From: an uncultured Acidobacteriota bacterium
GTDB lineage: Bacteria; Acidobacteriota; Thermoanaerobaculia; Multivoradales; UBA5704
DNA: 64,000 nt
NCBI GenBank assembly: GCA_963700145.1
Contig: OY969474.1
Span: forward strand, 160,001 to 224,000
Reading direction: 5' to 3'
Translations under genes and position numbers: made by a program
Shown: positions 57,755 through 64,000 of the stretch, piece after piece
Position numbering within the stretch: the first letter of the stretch is position 1
Layout: every line of letters begins with the position of its first letter
The notes under the pieces: generated by a model
Database searches by the model: none
What the model was told of the DNA's origin: nothing
The model's input: the letters and a program-made list of their open reading frames with translations, nothing else

Positions 57755-58312
57755 CTACCAGAAAATCTCGGCGACAGGAATCTCGAGGTCCGGCAGCAGC
57801 GGCGTGGTGAGGACGTCGCCGGATTCGGCGGAAAGCTCCGCGACGGGGCGCAGGGCGCCGTCAATGCGGCGGAAGACCTCGATCGTTTCGAACGAGGGCT
57901 CGACCAGCCAGTACTCGCGTACACCCATGCGGTCGTAGAGCTGATGCTTGACGCCTTGGTCGCGCTTGCGGGTTGAGGGCGAGAGGATTTCCACGACCAG
58001 GTCGGGCGCGCCTTGGACGTTCGCCTCGGTCAAGACGTTCAGGCGCTCGCGCGAGACGAAGAGGAGGTCGGGCTCGACGACGTCCGAGGGCGAAAACACG
58101 ACATCGTACGGCGCAATGAACAAACGTCCCAGGTCGTGGCGCTTGGCAAACGAGGCAATGGCGGCCGTGAGGTTCACCACCACTGCCTGGTGCTTTGTGT
58201 TCGGCGCCGGCGTCACGTAGTGCTCCCCGTCGATCAGCTCGTGGCGGAGGCCGTCGTCGGGGAGGGCCAGGAGGTCCTCGTAGGTGAGCCTGCGATGAGC
58301 CGTGCGTGCCAT
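57755..58312 (-). CDS. Uma2 family endonuclease (copy 2)
   Basis: Same motifs as copy 1; near-identical first 30 codons. Confidence 0.93.
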   Translation of the reverse strand: MARTAHRRLTYEDLLALPDDGLRHELIDGEHYVTPAPNTKHQAVVVNLTAAIASFAKRHDLGRLFIAPYDVVFSPSDVVEPDLLFVSRERLNVLTEANVQGAPDLVVEILSPSTRKRDQGVKHQLYDRMGVREYWLVEPSFETIEVFRRIDGALRPVAELSAESGDVLTTPLLPDLEIPVAEIFW

Positions 58313-58417
58313 GGACTGTCCTCGTGACCAGCTTACCCTAGCGACCGCCGGCGCTTCCTCCGCACTCGATAAGACGGAAAGTGAGGAGGAATTCGTGCAA
58401 TGCGCGCCGCCAAGGGC

Positions 58418-58973
58418 CTACGCGAAGATCCTGGCCAGCGGGATCTCGAGGCCTGGGAGCAGGGGCGTGGTGAGCAGATCGCCAGCCGCGGCGGAGAGCT
58501 CGGCGACCTTAGTGAAGACGAGGTCGGCCCAGCGGTAGACCTTGACGGCGTCCAAGACCGGGTCGACGATCCAGTACTCCCTAACGCCGAAGCGCTCGTA
58601 GAGCTGCAGCTTGACGACCTCGTCCATCCGGCGCGTCGTGTCCGAGACGATCTCGACCAGCAGGTCGGGCATGCCCTGCGCGTTGTCCTCGGTGAAGATG
58701 TTCGAGCGCTTTGCTGACGTAGAGAAGGTCTGGCTCGACGACGTCGATAGGCGAGAGCACGACGTCGAAGCGAGCAAAGAGGACTTCTCCGAGCCGGTGC
58801 TCCTTCAGAAAAGTGCCCAGCTCGACAGCGATGTTCATCGAAATTGTTTGGTGCTTGAGGTTCGGTGAAGTCCAGATGTGGTGCTCCCCTTCGATCAGCT
58901 CGTGACGCTTGCCGTCGTCGGGTAGTTTCTGGAGATCGCGCCACGTAACCTGGAGATGAGCTGGGAGGGCCAT
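58418..58973 (-). pseudogene. Uma2 family endonuclease (copy 3), frameshifted near 58708
   Basis: MALPAH..LPDDGKRHELIEG..EPDLLYVSK in one frame; RSNIFTEDNAQGMPDLLVEIVS..GVREYW in another. Confidence 0.85.
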
Positions 58974-59050
58974 GGCGATGTCGATTTCGGCCATTCTAAC
59001 CCTTTGCCCGCCACCCGCTTGCGGGAGTCGGCCGGGTAGAGAGGGCCGGA

Positions 59051-60292
59051 TCAGCGGGAAGCGGGAGGATTGGCCGGCAGCAACTCGAGCCCGTCGCGGA
59101 GCACGCGGTCGTAGCGGTCCCAGAGGCCGCCGGTTTCGGGGGGGCGGAAGTTGACGGTGATCGTGACCAGCTCGCGGCGGTTGTTCGGCAGGTAGTAGAC
59201 CAGGCGCCGTGGGGAGGCGGCGGGGCCCTGTAGGGCGCGGCGGCCGCGGAGGCCGGAGGTTGTGACCCAGCCGGTCTCCTCGACGACGGTGTGGAGCCGG
59301 CGGTCGTGCTGCAGCCGGTCGGCGACCTCTTGGTCGAAGGTGCGGCCCGCCGGGATCGCGGCGACGCGGACGTCGATCGCCGCCTCGGGCGCGGCGATCG
59401 TCGCCCACGTGGTGTCGGCGCGCTCGACCGTCCAGCCGGGGGGCAGGTGGAGGCGGACGCCGGCACGTTTGAAGGCAATCGCCTTGCCTCCTGCCAGCTT
59501 CTCCGGCGGCGCCGCGGCCGCCGCGGTGTCGCCGCGCGGCGGCAGCAGCGGCCGCAGCTTCTGCATGCCCAGCACCCACTCGACCGGGCTCTGGGCGACG
59601 CCGAGCGGCGGGAAGGCGCGCATGCCAAAGCACGCCAGACGCCCGGCGAGGTCCGGGCGCTCGCGCCAGCCCTCGTCGCCGAGGACGTACCAGCGCAGCT
59701 CCCCGGTGCGCAGGGAGGGCACGAGGTAGGGTGTCTCCTCCTCGTTCTCGGCGTCGTTGCAGTCGATGCGCTCTTCGACGACGCCGAGGTCGAGGCGGCC
59801 GTCGCAGTCGACGTCGCCGAGCTGGAAGCGGTGATACCAGGCGGAGAAGCAGCCGTCGACGCGCACGCGGCCCTTGGTCTCGCCGAGGTCGAGCCCGAGG
59901 AGCAGGCGCTTGGCGGCGGGGTCGTGGATGAGGAAGAGGTCGCGGCCGGCCGCGGCCATCGCCGAGCCTTCGCTGGCGATCGTGTACGACGAGAGGTGGA
60001 GCCCGACGCGCCCGTCGCCGAGTAGGAAGGCGGTGACCGGGCGCCCCCACTCGAGCGAGCTGACGTAGGTGTTCTCCTCCTCGGCGAGCGCCGCCGCCGG
60101 CTTGAGCCAGGCGCGCGGCACGGCCAGCGGCTCGCGCCCGGCGCCGGCGAGCGCGGCAAGCCGATACCCCGCCGCGTCCTCGATCAGCTCCCAGCTCTCG
60201 CCGTCGAAGCCGCTCCAGAGGTCGGCGGGGGGCTGGGCGAGGAGCGGGCCCGCGGCAAGCGCCATGAGGACCACGTAGCGGGACGAAACCAT
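59051..60292 (-). CDS. Secreted hypothetical protein (GDVDCDGRLD Ca-binding-like motif)
   Basis: Signal peptide; starts 4 nt downstream of the pilT stop; typical codon usage. Confidence 0.65.
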   Translation of the reverse strand: MVSSRYVVLMALAAGPLLAQPPADLWSGFDGESWELIEDAAGYRLAALAGAGREPLAVPRAWLKPAAALAEEENTYVSSLEWGRPVTAFLLGDGRVGLHLSSYTIASEGSAMAAAGRDLFLIHDPAAKRLLLGLDLGETKGRVRVDGCFSAWYHRFQLGDVDCDGRLDLGVVEERIDCNDAENEEETPYLVPSLRTGELRWYVLGDEGWRERPDLAGRLACFGMRAFPPLGVAQSPVEWVLGMQKLRPLLPPRGDTAAAAAPPEKLAGGKAIAFKRAGVRLHLPPGWTVERADTTWATIAAPEAAIDVRVAAIPAGRTFDQEVADRLQHDRRLHTVVEETGWVTTSGLRGRRALQGPAASPRRLVYYLPNNRRELVTITVNFRPPETGGLWDRYDRVLRDGLELLPANPPASR

Positions 60293-60296
60293 GCGC

Positions 60297-61361
60297 TCAC
60301 GCCTCCGGCAGCAGCGCCTCGAAGCGCTGCTTCTGGGCGGCTTTCATATAGGCGTCGCGCGGGGTGATTCGTTTCGCTTCGACCAGGGCCATCAGGGCGT
60401 CGTCCATGAGCTGCATGCCGAGGGCCTTGCCGCCCTGGATGATCGACTGGATCATCGGCGTGTTCCCCTCGCGGATGACGTTCGGCAGGCCGGGGGTCTT
60501 GAGCAGGATCTCGTGCGCCGCCACCCGGCCGGCGCCGTCGGCGGTCTTGAGGAGGAGCTGCGAGACGACCGCGGCGAGCGACTCCGAGAGGGTCGTCCGC
60601 ACCTGCGGCTGCTCCGGCGCGGGGAAGGCGTCGATCAGCCGGTCGATGGTGTTGGCGGCGCCGTTGGTGTGGAGAGTGCCGAAGACCAGCGCGCCGGTCT
60701 CGGCGGCGGTGACGGCGAGGGCGATCGTCTCGAGGTCGCGCATCTCGCCGACCAGGACGACGTCGGCGTCCTGGCGCATGGCGGCGCGCAGCGCGGCGCC
60801 GAAGCTCTCGGTGTCCACCCCGACCTCGCGCTGCGAGACGACGCAGCGCTTGTTGGCGTGCACGAACTCGACGGGGTCCTCGATCGTCACTACGTGCTTG
60901 GGGTAGGTCTCGTTGATGCGGTCGAGGATCGCGGCCAGGGTCGTGGACTTGCCCGAGCCGGTGGGGCCGGTGACCAGCACCAGCCCCTGGCGCAGGTGGG
61001 CGAGCCCCTCGATCGAGCGCGGCAGGCCGAGCTGGTCGAACGGCACGATCGTCTCGGGGATCAGGCGGAAGACGGCGGCGGCGCCGTTTTCCTGGCGCAG
61101 GAAGTTGGCGCGGAAGCGCGCCACGCCGTCGAGGCCGTAGGCGAAGTCGAGGTCGCCGGCGCGCTCGTACTCGGCCCACTGCGCGTCGGTGGCGATCTCG
61201 CGCAGCAGGGCGCGGACGGCGGCGTCCGGCAGCACCTCCCAGCCGGGCACCGGCGCCAGGGCGCCGTGGATGCGCACGCGCGGCTCGCGCTCGGCGGCGA
61301 GGTGGAGGTCGGAGCCGCCGCCCTCCTTGAGGTGCCGGAAGAGATCGTCGAGGCGCGCCAT
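60297..61361 (-). CDS. pilT: Type IV pilus retraction ATPase PilT-family
   Basis: SDLHL, VTGPTGSGKSTT, TIEDPVE, QREVG, VGEMRD, AETG, GTLHT, GMQLMD. Confidence 0.93.
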   Translation of the reverse strand: MARLDDLFRHLKEGGGSDLHLAAEREPRVRIHGALAPVPGWEVLPDAAVRALLREIATDAQWAEYERAGDLDFAYGLDGVARFRANFLRQENGAAAVFRLIPETIVPFDQLGLPRSIEGLAHLRQGLVLVTGPTGSGKSTTLAAILDRINETYPKHVVTIEDPVEFVHANKRCVVSQREVGVDTESFGAALRAAMRQDADVVLVGEMRDLETIALAVTAAETGALVFGTLHTNGAANTIDRLIDAFPAPEQPQVRTTLSESLAAVVSQLLLKTADGAGRVAAHEILLKTPGLPNVIREGNTPMIQSIIQGGKALGMQLMDDALMALVEAKRITPRDAYMKAAQKQRFEALLPEA

Positions 61362-61383
61362 GCGGAGACCTATGAGTCCTTTT

Positions 61384-61472
61384 CCCCCCGCCCAGATCCT
61401 TCGCTTCGCTCAGGATGACAACCTTCACCGTCATCCTGAGCGGAGCGAAGCGAAGCGAAGGATCTGGGGGAA
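61384..61472. repeat. REP/BIME-like element, copy 4
   Basis: CCCAGATCCTTCGCTTCGCTCAGGATGAC ... GTCATCCTGAGCG..GCGAAGGATCTGGG between the two pilT genes. Confidence 0.85.
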
Positions 61473-61482
61473 GGAAGCCTTG

Positions 61483-62862
61483 TCATGTGGCAGTCCCCAT
61501 GAACCGCGCCGGCTCCTCGGCGTGCCGCAGCGCCTCCTCGCGCGCCACCGTGCCGGTGCGGACCAGCTCGGCGAGCGAGGTGTCGAGGAGTGTCATGCCG
61601 TGCGCCGCGCCGGTCTGGAGCACGGAGCGGATCTGGAAGGTCTTGCTCTCGCGGATCAGGTTGGCGACGGCCTTGGTGTTGACCAGCACCTCCAGCGCCG
61701 GCACCCGCCCGGCGCCGTCGGCGCGGCGGAGAAGGCGCTGCGAGACGACGGCGCGCAGCGACTCCGAGACCATGGTGCGGATCTGCGACTGCTGCTCCGG
61801 CGGGAAGACGCCGACCAGGCGGTTGACGGTGCGCACGGCGTTGTTGGTGTGCAGGGTGGCGAAGACCAGGTGGCCGGTCTCGGCGGCGGTGAGGGCGAGC
61901 GAGATGGTCTCGAGGTCGCGCAGCTCGCCGATCACCAGCACGTCCGGGTCCTCGCGCAGGGCGGCGCGCAGGGCGCGGGCGAAGGAGCCGGTGTCGCGCC
62001 CGACCTGGCGCTGGTTGACCAGGCAGCGCAGCGACGGGTGGACGACCTCGATCGGGTCCTCGATCGTGATGATGTGGTCGCGCCGCTCCTCGTTGACGAT
62101 GTGCACGAGGGCCGCCATGGTCGCCGACTTGCCGCAGCCGGCCGGGCCGGTGAAGAGCACGATCCCCTGGTGGTAGTTGGCGAAGCGGGCGAGGGTGCGC
62201 GGCAGGCCGAGCGCGTCGAGGGTCGGCGGCGCGGCCGGGATGGCGCGGAAGACCGCGTCGAGGCCGCGCTGCTGGCGGTAGACGTTGCCGCGGAAGCGGC
62301 CGACGCCGGCGAGGGTGTAGGCCAGGTCCACTTGGCCGCCGGCGGCGAGCTGGGCGCGCTGCTCCTCGTCGAGGGCGCCGGCGGCCAGCCGCTCGGCCTC
62401 GGCGGGCGCGAGCGGCGGCGCGCCGTCCAGGGGCTCGAGCGCGCCGTCGATGCGGAGCTGGATCGGCGCGCCGGCGTGGAGGTGGACGTCGCTCGCGCCG
62501 CGCGCCACGGCGTGCGCGAGGAGGGCGTCGAGCGAGGCGCCGGCGGCGACGGCAGGCGCGGCCGGGGCGGCGGGTGCGGCGGCGGCGGATGGCTCCGCGC
62601 CGGCGGGGGAGGGCGCCGCCGCGCCCGGTGCCGGGGTCTGCGTCTGCGCCTGCTGCTTCGCCAGCAGCTCGCGCTGGGCGGCGAGGAGGCGCTCGAGGTC
62701 GCGCTCGGAGAGGCTCCCCTGGGCGATGAGGATCTCGCCCAGCCGGCGCGTGCCCCCCTCCTCGACCTGGAGGCGCGCCGCGCGCTCGAGCTGCTCGCGG
62801 GTGACCAGCTTGTAGTGCAGCGCGAGGCGGCCGAGAAGCGGCGTGTCCGACGGCAGCGCCAT
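61483..62862 (-). CDS. pilT: PilT-family ATPase with an N-terminal MshEN-like domain
   Basis: GPAGCGKS, TIEDPIE, LREDPD, AETGHLVFATLHT; N-terminal LLGRLAL..QLERA..Q / RLGEILIAQG..DLERLLAAQ. Confidence 0.9.
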   Translation of the reverse strand: MALPSDTPLLGRLALHYKLVTREQLERAARLQVEEGGTRRLGEILIAQGSLSERDLERLLAAQRELLAKQQAQTQTPAPGAAAPSPAGAEPSAAAAPAAPAAPAVAAGASLDALLAHAVARGASDVHLHAGAPIQLRIDGALEPLDGAPPLAPAEAERLAAGALDEEQRAQLAAGGQVDLAYTLAGVGRFRGNVYRQQRGLDAVFRAIPAAPPTLDALGLPRTLARFANYHQGIVLFTGPAGCGKSATMAALVHIVNEERRDHIITIEDPIEVVHPSLRCLVNQRQVGRDTGSFARALRAALREDPDVLVIGELRDLETISLALTAAETGHLVFATLHTNNAVRTVNRLVGVFPPEQQSQIRTMVSESLRAVVSQRLLRRADGAGRVPALEVLVNTKAVANLIRESKTFQIRSVLQTGAAHGMTLLDTSLAELVRTGTVAREEALRHAEEPARFMGTAT

Positions 62863-62882
62863 ATTCGGTAGTCTAGCGGGCC

Positions 62883-64000
62883 GTGCGCAACCTCCTCGCC
62901 GGGCTCCTGCTGCTGGCGCTGGTCCTCGCCCTGGTCGTGGTCCGCTACCGGGAGCCCGCGCCGCGCGGGGCGGAGGCGCCGGCGGCGGAGTTCTCGGCGG
63001 CACGCGCCGGCGCCCTGCTGCGCGAGATCGCCGGGCCGGAAGTGCCGCACCCGGTGGGGACGGCCGAGAACGCGCGGGTGCGGGCGCGGGTGGCGGCGGT
63101 CCTGGCGCGGTTGGGCTACTCCGTCGAGGAGCAGGACGCGGTCGGCTGCCACCCGGCCGGGCAGTGCGCGCGGGTGCGGAACCTGATCGCCCGCCTCCCC
63201 GGCCGCGAGCCGGATGGCACCCTCCTCCTCGCCACCCACTACGACTCGGTCGCCGCCGGCCCCGGCGTCGGCGACGACCTGGTCGGCGTCGCCGCCCTGC
63301 TCGAGACGGCGCGCGCGCTGCGCGCCGGCCGCCTGCCGCGGCACACCATCGTCTTCCTGATCGACGACGGCGAGGAGGCCGGCTTGCTCGGCGCCCACGC
63401 CTTCATGGCGCGGCACCCGCTGGCGCGGGAGGTGGACTTCGTCGTCAACGTCGAAGCGCGCGGCACCTCCGGCCCGAGCCTCATGTTCGAGACCGACCGC
63501 GACAACGCCTGGGCGGTCGGCCGCTTCGCGCGCGCGGCGCCGCGGCCGCTCACCAGCTCGCTCTTCTCGACCATCTACGAGCGGATGCCGAACGACACCG
63601 ACTTCACGGTGTTCAAGGCCGCCGGGCTGCGCGGCCTCAACTTTGCCTTCATCGGCCGACCGGCGCACTACCACACGCAGCTCGACAACCTCGCCAACAC
63701 GTCGGCCGGGAGCCTGCAGCACCACGGCGAGAACCTCCTCGCCGCCGCCCGCGCGCTGGCCGACGGCGACCTCGCGCGGGCGCCGCGCGGCGCCGCGGTC
63801 TTCTTCGACGTCCTCGGCTGGTTCGTGGTGCGCTGGCCGGCCGGCTGGACAATACCGCTCGCGCTCCTGGCGCTGGCGCTCCTCGGCGTGACGGCGGTGC
63901 GTCTCGACCGGCGCGGCCGGCTGCCGCGAGCGCGCGTCGCCCTCGGCCTGCTGGCGGCGCCGGCGATGACGCTCGCTGCCGCCGTCGCGGGGGTGCTCCT
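62883..64000 (+). CDS. M28 family metallopeptidase with C-terminal TM region (runs off the window edge)
   Basis: Manual translation gives FSAARA, PHPVG, NLIARLPG, HYDSV..GPG.GDD, DGEEAGLLGA, NVEARG, PNDTDF, YHT. Confidence 0.9.
   Translation, partial: MRNLLAGLLLLALVLALVVVRYREPAPRGAEAPAAEFSAARAGALLREIAGPEVPHPVGTAENARVRARVAAVLARLGYSVEEQDAVGCHPAGQCARVRNLIARLPGREPDGTLLLATHYDSVAAGPGVGDDLVGVAALLETARALRAGRLPRHTIVFLIDDGEEAGLLGAHAFMARHPLAREVDFVVNVEARGTSGPSLMFETDRDNAWAVGRFARAAPRPLTSSLFSTIYERMPNDTDFTVFKAAGLRGLNFAFIGRPAHYHTQLDNLANTSAGSLQHHGENLLAAARALADGDLARAPRGAAVFFDVLGWFVVRWPAGWTIPLALLALALLGVTAVRLDRRGRLPRARVALGLLAAPAMTLAAAVAGVL

Overview
Very GC-rich bacterial chromosomal segment with about 56 real genes; most long ORFs in the track are shadows. 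The gene content (GWxTD+VWA protein, SpoIVB-S55/propeller/coaD block, a secreted protein ending in DTAAF) suggests Acidobacteriota, probably Thermoanaerobaculia (inference). Positions 1-51.5 kb are mostly housekeeping or metabolic: srkA, mtgA, an hcrCAB-like Mo-enzyme cluster with mocA, corA, a BoxB-like diiron protein, recN, tsaC, coaD, add, aceE and a lysC-lysA fusion. Positions 51.5-59 kb form an accessory hotspot. It contains a mazEF-type TA pair and a translationally coupled PspA/IM30 + AAA ATPase pair. It also holds an XRE-HTH gene divergent from a promoter that leads into 15 x 21-bp units (palindromic GGAAGCTTCC core, 9-nt variable part) and then a small coiled-coil gene. A low-GC TIGR02391 gene bracketed by 15-bp direct repeats and three tandem Uma2 endonuclease genes follow. 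The window ends with two PilT-family ATPases and an M28 peptidase. Four copies of a REP-like palindromic element lie in intergenic spaces. No rRNA, tRNA, CRISPR-Cas, transposase or integrase was recognised. The best candidate for an undescribed system is the HTH / 21-bp palindromic array / coiled-coil module at 54.7-56.1 kb. All calls come from motif recognition by eye, not database searches.
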